Below, piece after piece: positions 21,931 through 38,269 of a DNA stretch of 64,000 nucleotides. A model generated the notes under the pieces. It saw only the letters and a list, made by a program, of their open reading frames with translations. It was not told the origin of the DNA and did no database searches. This stretch comes from the human T2T-CHM13v2.0 reference genome, Homo sapiens, in the NCBI RefSeq assembly GCF_009914755.1, contig NC_060938.1; one strand, given 5' to 3'. The translations under genes and the position numbers were made by a program. Each line of letters starts with the position of its first letter. Within the stretch, counting starts at the first letter, position 1.

Positions 21931-22252
21931 GGCTGAGCCCAGCAGCCCATGCTTATAATCCCAGCACTTTGGGAGGCTGAGGCAGGAGGACCGTTTGAGG
22001 CCAAGAGTTTGAGGTTACATAAACTATGACACACCATTGGATTCCAGACTGGGTGACACAGCGAGACCCCATCTATAAAGAAAATTTAAAAATTAGCCAG
22101 ACACGGTCGTGCCTACCTGTAGTCCTAGCTACTCAGGAGGCTGAAGCAGGGGGGATTGCTTGAGCCCAGGAGCTCAAGGCTGTAATGAGCCAAGACTGCA
22201 CCACTGCACTCCAGCCTTGGCGACAGAGCAAGACCTGTCTCTTTAAAAAAAA
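21931..22252 (+). mobile_element. Atypical AluJ dimer whose left monomer carries the right-arm-type insert
   Basis: The left arm contains gaggttacataaactatgacacaccattggattccag. Confidence 0.85.
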
Positions 22253-22961
22253 TTTTTAAACAAAAAAGACTTAATCACATGAAATCATTGAACACAAGAG
22301 TAATACTGGATGTACATATGAATAGACAAAAGCTTTGTCTAGATCACTGGTTCCCAAACTTGTTGGTCTCAAGATCCCTTTATTTTCTTAAAGATTATTG
22401 AGGTCCCCCAAGAGCTTTTGTTTATGTTGGTTCTATCCGTCAATATCTACCACAGTAAAAATTAAAACTCAGTAATTTTTAAAAATCTACCTATTAATTT
22501 TAAAATAACAATAATAAACTCATTGCATTTTAACATAAATGCCACATTTTGTGGAAAAAATAACCATGTTGTCAAAAAATACTAAGGAACACTGCTTTCT
22601 TTCAGACATTTACAAATCACTTTAATGTCTGACATATAGAAACATCTAGATTCTCATGGGTATATTTATATTCAATCTATTGTGGTTTTTTTTAGCTGAT
22701 TTATGAAGAAAATCTAGCCTCACAATGATACATAGTCAGAAACAAGAGGAATCTTTTAATACTCTTTTTAGATAACTGTGGATACTCTTTGATACTAAAC
22801 CAAAACTCAACCAAAACTTACATTTCAATATGCAGCAGAAGTGCATTAAGCATTCTTATATCATCATCCCAGATATTAAACTGATTCAAGTACTGAAATT
22901 TAGTAAAATTAATACTTTTTGCTGCTTTATCAAAGACATTCTTAAGTGAAACTAGTACTAT

Positions 22962-23259
<298 letters not shown>

Positions 23260-24090
23260 AACTAGTACTATTTTTTAACTGAGAATGTGTGGTGGTAAAA
23301 ATTTTAATGACCACTTTTCTCAGGTGGTAGTTTCTTAAAGGTTAGTGGTAATGTAGAATCTGAAACCATTATCAATAAACTTTTTATACTGAATTAGCTT
23401 AAAATCTGTTGGTCTATCTTGCACTTTGAATGGATCTCTTACCCAGGCAGGAGTTTGTAATATCCTGCATCAATCACTTAGAAAACATTAGTTCACTGAC
23501 TTGGGCAAACCTTCCAAGTGTTCTCATATTTTCTCATACAAAATTAAAAAGAAATACATTAATTAATATTACCAGCATTCTCATCAGAAAAGTCTTGAAG
23601 TTTTTGGAAGCTGTCAAGCTCACAGTAGCAGAAATATGTTTTCCAAAATTCTAATTTTGTCCTTGAAATGTCCAATTGTATTGTTGACAATAAATACTGT
23701 CAGTTATTTTCCTTGAAGTGACAGGTCACTTGCTTCATTTTCTAGAAGATATCTGCCAAGTATCCAATTCTAAATAATCACAATTTGTCTGTCATTCTTT
23801 CAAGTAAAAATGGTGTTCCATGGAGGGGTGGTAAAGTCAGTTAATCCAGCTCTCAATCACGCAAACACTTTTCCTCAAGACAATATAGTTCAAAATGCAG
23901 CACACTCACATTATGTAAACCTCTCATAGCATCATCACACAAAGTATTAAGATGATTCAAGGATGGAATCCTTGAATCATCCTTTCCAAGGATGGAAATT
24001 TAGTAAAATTAATACTTTTTACTGCTTTATCAAGAATTTTCTTAAGTGAAAGTAGCATTTTTTTTTTTAACTGAGAATGTGTGGTGGTAA

Positions 24091-24452
<362 letters not shown>

Positions 24453-26016
24453 TAATTCACGCTAAAGCACCAGCACTTTTGTCCTCCACTGCTTTTATGC
24501 CACCAGAGCAAATGTCAACACATCTAAAAGAATAAATGACATCTTAATATTATTCCTTAAACAGTTTTTACCTTGCAAACCTCCTGAAAAAGTCCCAGGG
24601 TCTGAAGACCACACTTTAAGAACCATGGCCCTACAGAAGATATAGACTAAAACTAGAAAGAGAGAAAGGGGAAGAGAGGGAGAGAAAGAGAGGGAGAGAT
24701 GATTTTTTGCTCATTTGTTTCTAGAATTCACTGGGTTTTTTTTTAACCTAACCTTACTCATGGTAGAACTAAAACAAATAAAATCTCAATACATTTTCCA
24801 AAAGGTAATCGCCAACTTCGACTAATAGTCATGAGGTTAGCAACCCATTGACTCGCACTGATTACCAAAGATTTCAAAATCAAATTCCTATGGTTTTTAG
24901 GAAAAGCTGCTTTAATCAGAGAAGGGCCTTTATATTAGACAATTAATCCATTAACAAAGTTGAATTTCAGATATGGTATTGGGAGTTGCAAACAACTTAC
25001 ACTTCCTCTATGTAAGTGAAATGACCAAAAAATTGAGCAGCAAAAAGTCAATATATGGAAATTGGACTCAGTTCTTCCCCCGTTTAAGCCCTTTCAGTAA
25101 CTTTAGATTGCTCTTGGGATAAAATCCAAACCCTATGTCATGACCTTGGAAGTCGTGTGTGATCTAGCCCCTGCCTGCTTCTCCAGCCTGGCTCCTGCTC
25201 TCTCTCCACTCGGAACATCTGTCTTCTCAAGGCCTTCACTCCAAGCAAAAGACTAAATATCACGCTGAATTTTTAAAATTCTAGTTAGATAAATGACAGA
25301 AAGAAGAAAGAGATAGATTTTACGTATAGTATATATCACTTAACACGTTATGTTTAGAGAAACGAAATCTTATAAATCCTTTTCTTAAAAAGATATATTT
25401 ACATGACTTTTAAAGCAACCAATATTAACAGTCCTGCTACCACTCTGACCCCTTTTATCCTGTTCTGCCCTCAGACAACATGTATATTAATTTCTTACTT
25501 ATGTTTCCAGTGTTTTCTTAGGCAAATACAAGGAAATAACAAAAAAACCTTATATTTGCCTCTTTTTTTTTTTTACAAAAAAATGCATACTCTAAACTCT
25601 TCAGAAATTTTTTTTTTCACAAAATGATACCTCTTTGAGATCTCACCTTACCAGTTCATAGAGAGCTCCTCATACTTTATTTTTTGCTACATGCTATGGC
25701 AAAGGATATTTCATCAGTTCCCTATTGCTTCATTGTCTCTAATGTTCTGCTACCACAAACCATGCTACAATGAATAACTGAACACATTATGACTGTTTTT
25801 TAAACCTAGTCTTTCACCTCCTCATCAGGAGGAAAGTATAAGCATGCTTGTATTCTAATCCCTCAGCCAGCCCCTTGATCCTGTTAGCTTCCAATTTTTC
25901 ATTCTAGAGCTCCAAAGAGCTTCATTTTAAACAGAATTCCAGAAAGCTTAATTTAAATTACACAACTGTGCAAACAAGAGAAACCAACTCTAGTGAACTT
26001 AAAATAAATAAGAAAA

Positions 26017-26317
26017 GGCCAGGCGCAGTGGCTCACACCTGTAATCCCAGCATTTTGGGAGGCTAAAGCGGGCAGATCACTTGAGGTCAGGAGTTCGAGA
26101 CCAGCCTGGCCAACACAGTGAGACCTCATCTCTACTAAAAAATATTAAAAAATTAGCTGGGTGTGGTGACGCATGCCTGTAATCCCAGCTACTCAAGAGG
26201 CTGAGGCACGAGAATCACTTGAACCAGGAGGTAGAGGTTGCAGTGAGCTGAGATTGCACCACTGCACTCCAGCCTGGGTGACAGAGCAAGATTCCGTCTA
26301 AAAAAAAAGAAAAAAGA
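26017..26317 (+). mobile_element. AluS (Sx/Sz)
   Basis: Full dimer with an A-rich tail. Confidence 0.92.
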
Positions 26318-27236
26318 AATGAGAAAAAAGTCTGGAGAACAGGCTCAGACATTAGCACGGCAGGACTGCCCCAGTCAGGCTGACATGGGGTGGCCCTGGA
26401 CAGTACAAGCCGTCACTGGTACTCCCGCCCTCTGGCACTAAACAGTTCTGCTGTGCCTCCCCTACCAGACATCGGAGGCTTCCAGTCGAACTCTCCTCAT
26501 GACACAATGAAGTGACGCCTCTTTTAGAGGCATTACTCTAGATTCTACAACTCCGAAATGGAGTGGGAGATGAGCTCTGGATTTTCTCAAGAGTAGGAAA
26601 GAGATTCAGGTGTTTGGCAGTTGAAAACCCAAAAAAATGAGTACCAAATTAGTAGCACAGCTGCAACTGGAACCCACATCTCATGGTCATGAGTCTGGCC
26701 TCTCTCCCCTCTGCTTTAGTAAGTTGTTCTATCTCAATGAAGACAAGGCTAGAACTGGCTAGAACTCAGATCCTCCGGCTCCTCCACCGGCTGCAATGCT
26801 GTCATTCATGAAAGTCCATAGATTTGCCATTATGGCTGATCAAGAATGGAGAACAGCCAATTATTTCCCTCTTCTCTATTTAGATTATTTCCAATTATTG
26901 TTACCCTGTAGGAATCTAGATGTGCCAGCATTTGTAGAGATGCCTGGCTGATAAAATGTCAAATAAACCAGCTTTCAACTTCTATCCATAAAGTTGTAGC
27001 AACTCAGGGCTAGAAGGGACTCTGCCAAGGCATCAGGGCAATGTTTCTTAATCCAAATATACTCAGAATGGGCCTGGGTACCTCTTTTGTGACTCTTGAT
27101 AGTACTGGCCTAGAAGGGGACAATCTGTAGACATCTCCTTATGCTTGAGGAGTGCTAGGCTGACCTGCAGCTCCTCAACATGTCAGACCACAAAGGGCAA
27201 ATCCTTGCTTGGGAAGTAGGTGATGTCCCCTGTTCC

Positions 27237-27239
<3 letters not shown>

Positions 27240-27290
<51 letters not shown>

Positions 27291-27293
27291 ACA
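27240..27293. repeat. (CA)n microsatellite, ~23 perfect units plus an imperfect end
   Basis: Direct read. Confidence 0.95.
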
Positions 27294-27884
27294 TAGAACC
27301 TCTCATTCCCAACTGGTGTCCTCTCACCCTCCAGGAAACTCCACTCCTCACCACATGAAAAATGAGGCTGTAGCTTCTGCCCTTATTCATATCTGGCAAT
27401 GTCTAGCACCTGCATAAGCCAGATGCGAATGAACATTTTCCTAAGCACAGATTTTTTATGGCTCCAAAGGGAGAAGGGTGTTCTGCTGAGTGACAGGAAA
27501 ATGAGTTTCCAATTCCAATTCAGTCTCTTCACTGGCAATGGCTGTGGTCATTTTCCTCTAAAATTCTTTGCATGCAAATAAATCCTGTCCAAGTAAGTGT
27601 TAATTTTCCAGCTAGAAAGCATGGGCTGGTCTGATATGACAGAAGTACACTCTTCTGAGCTATTCCTTCAGCCAAATACCTGGTGTGATTGAGCCAAAGT
27701 AGCCTCTACCCCGTCTTGGCCTCCTTTGGTTTTGAAGACCTTGCAGTAGCCATCCTAGACCCTTGACACCAGCTCCAAATAACTTCCTCTGATGCTTAGC
27801 TCTTTCTCTTGAAGATAATACAGATTATCCCCCATACCAGATAATGCTGCAAGCAGTAATGTCTCATATTTCTGCCACATCCCT

Positions 27885-28315
27885 TATTCATTAGCATCCT
27901 AGGTGCTGCAATAAATCACCACCAAGTGGTAACTTACTCTTTCACCCTTCTCATGGCCAGAAGTCCAAAAGCAAGGTGTGGGCAGGGTTGGTTCCTTCTG
28001 AAAGCCCTGAGAGAGAGCCCATTCCATCCCTCTCTCCTAGCTTCTGAGGGCTGCCAGCAGTCCTTGGCTTGGGGCTACATAACTGCAATCTTTGCCTCTG
28101 TCTTTATATTACCTTCTCCTCTGTGTGTCTGTGTTTCTGTCTCTCTCTTTTATAGGGGCACCTGTCATTGGGTTTAGGGCCCACCCTAAATCCAGAATGA
28201 TCACATCTCAAGATCATTAACTTGATTATATTTGCAAAGACCCCATTCCAAGTAAGGTCACATTCATAGTTCCTGGTGGACGTATCTTTTGGAGGGGCAC
28301 TATTCAACTCACTAC
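27885..28315 (-). mobile_element. MLT1B/C-like solo LTR
   Basis: ggccagaagtccaaaa..aaggtg...tttgcaaagacccc..aaggtcacattc...cactattcaactcactaca. Confidence 0.8.
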
Positions 28316-28606
28316 ACTCAAGAGAAGAGAATATAGGAAAGCCCACCTGCTCTTAAGAGGAGACAGGCAGGGGTGGAGAAATGGTAAGGAGGCTCTACTC
28401 AGCCAGCCTGTCCTCCGTCTCTGGACAGGTCACACTCCAGGCTTGATGGCAAGACATAATGTGACACAACTTGACGTAAATTGGAAACTACTTTTTAAGA
28501 GTTAATAAGAATTATCTTTTTTTAAAGAATTAGCATTTTCTACTTAGCAAGAGACTCTAAAACTGCCTATATATCACATCAACTAAAATGATCATTACCT
28601 ATATGA

Positions 28607-28907
<301 letters not shown>

Positions 28908-30074
28908 TAAAGTTGGTTGGGAAGTTGGACAAACACTATCAGGGGTAAATATAAGGTAGGGCCAGCCACCATCGAAGGAGCCTTCCTAATAGTGAGGGGT
29001 AAAAATGAATCTTCCAAAAGAGAAAGATAATATATTTACATAAACGTAGAGAATAGGATCCTCACTAGGACTAAGGATTACATCAATCTGGATGAAATGG
29101 AAACATCTGTAAGGATGCTGCTGCTCATGCAGTAGCAGTTTGCCATGCAGAAGAATGATGTACTTGGTCAACCGTGATGTAAGGACGCCGATGGAAGGAC
29201 ATGTCCATGACATTCAAGACATCATGCTGAATTAAGCTCATGAGATACATACCAAGTTAGACAGGCATGATCCTTAGGGCACTCAAATGTCTGGAGATTT
29301 GTCACTTTGATCTGCTACAGAGAAACATTCGAGATTAGTAGGGACCAACCATCAACGCCAAGCAGCACTCCTGAGCCGCGGGAGGCCCCCAGCTGGTATC
29401 CCAAGGCTCACCTTCAGGGTGTATCCCCAGGAGTGGACATCAGCCATGGCGTGCCATGACAACTTGGCTTGTTAGAAGCAGAATATGGGTTTTCCAGCCT
29501 GAAGCCTTTTTATCATGTGTCAGGAAGCTTGAGGTGCCCTGACTGCCACTCGAGGGGACAGTCATCATGAGAGCTGCTCATCCTACTCGAAGGTCAGTCT
29601 GCTGGAGGAAGTATGTGGGCAGTGACCCAAGGGCCTGCCGGGTAGTCCATGTCTTTTCAGGTGGATTAAGAATCACAAAGCGCAAAGCCATCTCCAAATG
29701 TCCCATCCCTAATTCCCCTTTAAGCCACTCTCACCCAGTTGTGTCCTCCTTGATGCTAATATTTCCCAAGAACCCCAGAATCTATACCAATAACTTAGCT
29801 TCAAGAGAATTTGTCCTACTCACGAAGCACAGAGATAGTGAACCCTAAAGGCATATAAATGTGCAGAGAAAATAAATCTGTCTATGATGATGAAATAACA
29901 GGGCCAGGACAACAGTATCATCCTTGCCCAAAAAACCTAACTGTCATCCAATAGCTTTTCTTATATCTATAACCCTGCTGGAAGAATGGTAAACCTTGCT
30001 CAGCACTTCTGGAATGCAAGTGAATCAACTGTCAACCTCCTTTAACTCTGCTTGATGAAAGGCTTACACAAAGC

Positions 30075-32308
<2,234 letters not shown>

Positions 32309-32464
32309 AATTTTAGCAAACTAGCCTGGGCTTTCCAGGAGTCTCTATGTAGAGCACAGCACTCAGACTTCTATGCTCAAGGCCCTGTGGGGGCTTCCCA
32401 TGGAGAAAAAAAAATGGGCTCACTCTGCAAATATTTAGGCTAGTAGATATGTTTATTATGCATA

Positions 32465-33050
32465 TTATCCATTCACTTACTTATCCAACACATGCTTACT
32501 AAGTACCAACGATGTGCAAGGCACTTTTATTTTAGGAGCTGGGCTACTGCTATGAGTGAGACAGACAAAGCCTTTGCCATGATAGAGCTGACATTCTAGA
32601 AAGGGAGGTAGTCAACAGGTAAGTAAACAAATTAAGTCAAAGGTAATTTCGAATGGCAGTCAGCTATTCAGTAAATAAATAAGATGATGAGATGGGATTG
32701 ATTTTGGAGAAGGGACCCTGTTTTAGGTAGACCAGTTAAAAGAGTCCACTGACGAGTTGACATCTAAGCAAAGAGGGTGAAAAGCAGCCAACCATACAAA
32801 GTGCTAGGGGCAGAGGAAACAGCAAGTGCAAAGGCCCTGAGGCATGGCCAAGGACAGGACAGTGGCCAGTGGGGTTAGGATGAATGAGAAAAGGAGAGGA
32901 GTAGCGGGAAAGAGGATGAGAGTTAGGTAGCATCACCTTGAAAGCCGTGGTCAGGAGTCTAGTTTTTATCCCTTGCGTATCAGGTAGTTTTGGAAAGGTT
33001 CTAGAAAGAGGAGTGACATCAATCCATTGCCCTTTCTTCAAGCTTTCTGT
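32465..33050 (-). mobile_element. L2
   Basis: cattcacttacttatccaacacatgcttactaagtacc..tgtgcaaggcact 3'-end motif. Confidence 0.7.
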
Positions 33051-35469
33051 CATTTATCTGAATCAGTGATGAATCACGGGATGGAAACAAACTATGAGTT
33101 TCCTGGGAAAAAAACACAGCAAGATCTTTGTATTTATTCCCTTAGGTGATCATAGTCCTGTTTCTTTTATAATCTAAACCTGGAGACGTACTGCCCTCCC
33201 AGGTGTTGCTGAGTACAGCCATGCAGTTGGCCAGGACCACCGTGGTTGTGGGCACCCTCACAGGAAGTCGCACCTGAGGAAATCATCACTGGTCCTTCTA
33301 GAAGTGGAGACACAGCCACACCTGGTCACCAGATATACACTGGAGCACCACAGCCTCTTGTCACTAGATGGTGACAGAGCAGAATACAGTCTCTCCCAAC
33401 CTATCTTCTGTCTCTCACTCCAGTTTCTTGTTTTTGTCTTTAAAAAGAAACCAGTAAAAATTCAGCAAGCCACTCATGTATGAAACACGCACTTTTCTGC
33501 AAGGATATTACACTTTGATAAACAGTAAAAATGAAAGGATGCATGTAATTTCTTCATGAAAATAAAGCCTCCCATTGATGTGTTTTTTATTCATAAGCCT
33601 TTAAAATGATTCTCCCCAGCACGTCCCTTCTCCCCTCCATCTGCTGTAATTTAGCTAAATTGTCCTTTCAGCCAGCATTTATGGATCTTCAGAGGTTTCT
33701 CTCTGTGATAATTCCTCATCAAATTACCAATAAGAAGGATATGAAACTACAGCCCCCACAAGGATGCCTGGTGACCTTCGGCCCTGAGATTTACAGTCTG
33801 CGGAAGCAATAAAGTTCCTCTCCCTCTCTTGCCGATGGCCTTCTCTCAGGTCCCTCCGTGTGGCCCCTTCCCAGCCAGCCAGACCTCCTGTAGCCAGCAC
33901 TGGGCTTTCTAAAGAGACAATGTTGTTCCGGAGTTCTCACAAAGAAATTGGCCTTCCTTTGCAAATCCACAGCTTGATTTGTTCAGTCATCATCACTTGA
34001 CACTTCAGATTGCTCATTATGTGAATTCGCTATTGTCTGAGACGCTCCAGGTGCTGAAGTGCAATGGGGAACAGTGATAATATCCTTTTTGTGTCAGTGA
34101 AATAGCCTGTAAACGCCTAACTCATTAACACCATCTGATGTTCACATTTCCTCATTCAAGCAAACTAGAAGGCTATTTGTGCCAGGTTTCTTTCTAATCT
34201 GGGATACAATAAACAGTGGCACAAATCAATTCCTGACCCCTGCATTCTCAAAAGCTAAAAAAAAAAAAAAAAATGTATCTGGGGAGGTATCAGGCAACCT
34301 GTTCCTTCCTAACGCTTGATGTGGATCTGCTTTATCTTTATATATGTAATCACACTGGCCTCAAAGAAAGCCCCTTTATACCAATAGGCCTGTCTCAATC
34401 TGCTGAGGCTGTCTCAGGTTTGTGACACTGAGCTTTTGAAAAAAGAATGCAGGCTATTTATTTGACCCATTTTTCAGGCACTGAGACTTTAGTAAAACAT
34501 GGTTATGCCTCCTGCATGAACACTCTCTTCTCTCCTTTTTTGACTACTTTTAACTAATTTTCACTTCTTAAACTGTCAGTAATTGCTTCCACATTTCCAG
34601 TTGGCTTATACTGCTCTTTCTTTTTTTAGCAACTCTACAGACATTAAGGATTCAGCTCTCTTGTTTCCACCTATACCTCTTCGCTCCCACCCTAATAGTT
34701 ATAGCATCATTATTAATTAAATCAATAATCAAAGCTTGTGACTAATATGACTGTAAATATTCTCTGCCAGCCCAGTAATATACTATGATTACTTTTCCTC
34801 TTAGAAAGCTTTTTCCCATACAGTCTCTAATTGCCTATCTTATTCTCTTATCCTGTCTGCCATTTACATTTCATTAATCCTTTCCAATTATTGTATCAGT
34901 TTTTCTACAAAGTCCTTCCTTCAACCCTCCCCTGCCCCTTTTTTTGTTGCTTGCAGTCTTTCATCCCCATGCTTCAATCTACAATGGTTGCTTTCTAGGC
35001 CTGCTGTATAACTATCGTATTTCCCATTGGTGCCCCCCTAGGAGGGATCCACTGTTTCCTGGATCCTGTCTTCTGCCTTCTTGTTTTACTCTCTTTGTTT
35101 TGCTGGAGTACATCCTCAAGTAGTTTTGAACCTAAGTAAAATGCATGAGACGTAAATTTTCTGGATACAGCATGTCTAAAACCTCAACCCTCACAATTGA
35201 GTGGCTGCATATGGAAGTCTAGGTTGAAAATCACTTTTCCTTAAAAATTTAAAAGCATTGTCCCATTGTCTTTTTCACCCAGTGATACTTTTGAGGAGAT
35301 CCATCATTCTGATTCTTGATTCTCTAAATGTTTTCCCCCTATTGGGAGCTTTTAGGATCTGTCTACTCTTTATTCTTCATATGTTGCGAAAATTTCAGAA
35401 GTATGTACCTTGACGAGAGTCTTTTTCACTCATTTTGATGGGCACCCAGTGGACCCTATAAATCTGAAT

Positions 35470-37590
35470 CTGGGTAATCCTAGGTATATACCAAAGAGAA
35501 ATGAAAACTTGTTATCAAACGCCTGCACACAAATGATTATAGTAACTTTATTCAAAATTATTTACCAAAAATTGGAAACAACCCAGACTTCCTTTAACTG
35601 GCAAGTAGACAAAGAAACAATGGAACATATTCAGCAATAAAGGAATAAACTATTGATTCACACAACATGGATGAATCTTAAATGCATTTTGCTAAGTGAA
35701 ATAAGATAGGTCCATTTGTATGGCTACATATTGTATGATCCCATTTATATGGCACTCTGGAAAGGCAAAACTATAGGGAGGAAAATAGATTAGTGGTTCC
35801 TATGACTTGGGCTGACAAGAGGAATTGCCTGTAAAGGAGGAGCATGAGGAAGTTTTGAGGGGCAATGGAACTCTTCCACCTGGAACTGTGGTAGTAGATA
35901 CCAGGTTCTATGCATTTGTCCAAACCATAGGACTGTATAAAACAAAGAAATAAATTGTGCTATATTTAAATTTTTTTTAAATCAACCAAGATGTGGAGGA
36001 AAAGATGAAAAGGAGATTATGACAAATGACTAACTTTATTACAAATTAATTATAATAACCACACTGAAGTGGATGGGGAAGGAGTTGACCTAAATTGCTG
36101 TGGAAAGCAGTGCTTTAAATGAATACTGTGAAGCTAAAGACAAAAAGAACTGTATACAAATGCTGTACTATAGTTGGTAAATTTGTTTCTTATTATAGGT
36201 GTTGGTTAAGAACTCTGAAACTACCTTACTTGTATATTAAAGTTGAACAAATAAGTAAATATATTACAGATCATATTACCAGTTTTATCACTGTTGGAGA
36301 AGGGAGTTACTAATAAGGAAAGGGAGAGGCTAGAATGAATTCTGTGGTGCTGGATTAGAGTTGGAGGTTTTAACAATGTATTCATGTTTTTAAAAATATA
36401 GGCAGATAAATATGGAAACACAGATGTGTGTATGCAGTAGTGTACAAACATAAATATCCTAGAAATCTCTACTGGGAGGGGCTAGAAACAGCAGCAATGA
36501 ACACATCTAGCATCCAGATCTTGGTTTCTAAATACCATTCTCTAATAAAAGAAAGCAAGATTCACTAGAGAACTGGTTGTTCCTGGGGCTAGGGCAGGAA
36601 AAATATAAAATAAACCTGAAGCATGTGATGGTGCCAGAAAGAAAGAAAGTGCTTTAAAAAAGAGGGGTGTGTGTATGGGGTGGGGTGCACATATCAAAAG
36701 GTCATGGGAGCCAACCTGAAAAAGCTCCCAATGGAACAACTTAAACAAAATAATAGTACTGGATTATAACCCAAAGGATAAAATTAAATCCACAAGTCCA
36801 CATAGATATAAATATGTGAAGAAATAGATAAACGGGGAAGAAGCAACTACTCTTCCTTACAGAAGAATTTCAATTCGTAAATTTATTAGGAATGAGAGAA
36901 AATAGAAAACTGCCATTAGAACACTGTATTAAAAATTAGCAGACAAGAGTTTAAGCAGAAATAGACATTTACATAGTCTCTAAGTATTTCCTCCAAAGTA
37001 TTTAGTAATTATAAAAAGAAAAATAGTAATTTTATGGTGCAAAGTCCTTCTAAACAGAACCATAGCCAAATGATCAAGGTTAACATCACCAGCAATACAC
37101 ACTGACAACATGTACCCCTGATATCATGCACTGAAAGAGGCATATCATCTCCGAAATGCCTTTCCAAACAATGTATTCACTGCAATCTAATCATGAGAAG
37201 ATATCAGAAAAACCCAAATTGAGGGACTTTCTGAGAAGCGACTGGAGAAGTACAAAAGTATCAGTTGTGGAATTTAGGGAAAGACTGTGGAACTGTCACA
37301 GATTGGAAAAGACCAAGGAGACATAACAATTCAATATAATGTGGAGTCTGGATTGAATTCTGAAAGACAAAAAGGGAATTAAAAGAAAGACTGGTGAAAC
37401 TGGAATAAGTTCTGTATTTTAGTTAATAGTACTGTATCTAAGACAATTGTACCAAGGATAAATGTTCTACGGTTATAGAAGATGTTAACACAAGGGGAAG
37501 CTGAGGAGAAAGTAGGGTACTCAGGAATTTCTGGTACTATTTTTCAACACTTCCCTAAGTCAAAAATTATCTAAAAATAAAAAGTTTCAA
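35470..37590 (+). mobile_element. L1MC/L1MD-type 3' end with long 3'UTR
   Basis: cctaggtatataccaaagagaaatgaaaac ORF2 end, long 3'UTR, terminal aaaataaaaagttt. Confidence 0.75.
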
Positions 37591-37660
37591 AAACAAATTT
37601 GAATTAAAATGAGTCATTTTAAATAAGCTAAGTTACAAGTATAACAGCACAGAACAACAT

Positions 37661-38081
37661 GAACCATTGAACAACATGGGTTTGAATAGCACTTATACAC
37701 GGATTTACTTCTGCCCCTGCCACCCCTGAGACAGCAAGACCAACCCCTCCTCTTCCTCCTCCTCCTCAGCCTACTCAACGTGAAGATGACAAAGATGAAG
37801 GCCTTTATGCTAATCCATTTCTACTTAGTGAACAGTAAACATATTCTCCTTATGATTTTCTAAATAACATTTTCTTTTCTATAGCTTAAGAATACAATAT
37901 ATAATACATATAACATACAAAACATGCAAACATACAACATATGTTAGCTGACTTTTTATGTTACTGGTAAAGCTTCTGGTCAGTAGGCTATTAGCAGTTA
38001 AGCTCTTGGGGAGTCAAAAGATTTTCGACTGTGAAGGGAGTCAGTGCCCCTAACACCCATGTTGTTGAAGAGTCAACTGTG
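37661..38081. mobile_element. Tigger2a-like non-autonomous Tc1/mariner element
   Basis: ttgaacaacatgggtttgaa...cctcctcagcctactcaacgtgaagatgac...gttgttgaagagtcaactg. Confidence 0.8.
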
Positions 38082-38269
38082 TATGGCAAAATTCGTGACA
38101 GTGATATGTAAATGGCTGATGTGTGGGAACCTATAATAATCTTGACTTAGCACGATGCCTGATATGCAGAATAGATATGTGTCAGGGGAAAAAACTATGG
38201 TTCTTCATAACATAACCTTTGAGGGAAGATCTGCTTTCAGAATATCTGATTAAAATCCTAATAAACCTC

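Noticed and set aside
29090-29720. CpG-containing unique-looking stretch considered as a processed pseudogene or exon
   Set aside because: No recognisable translation in the frames I tried, no poly(A)/TSD and no convincing splice-site pair
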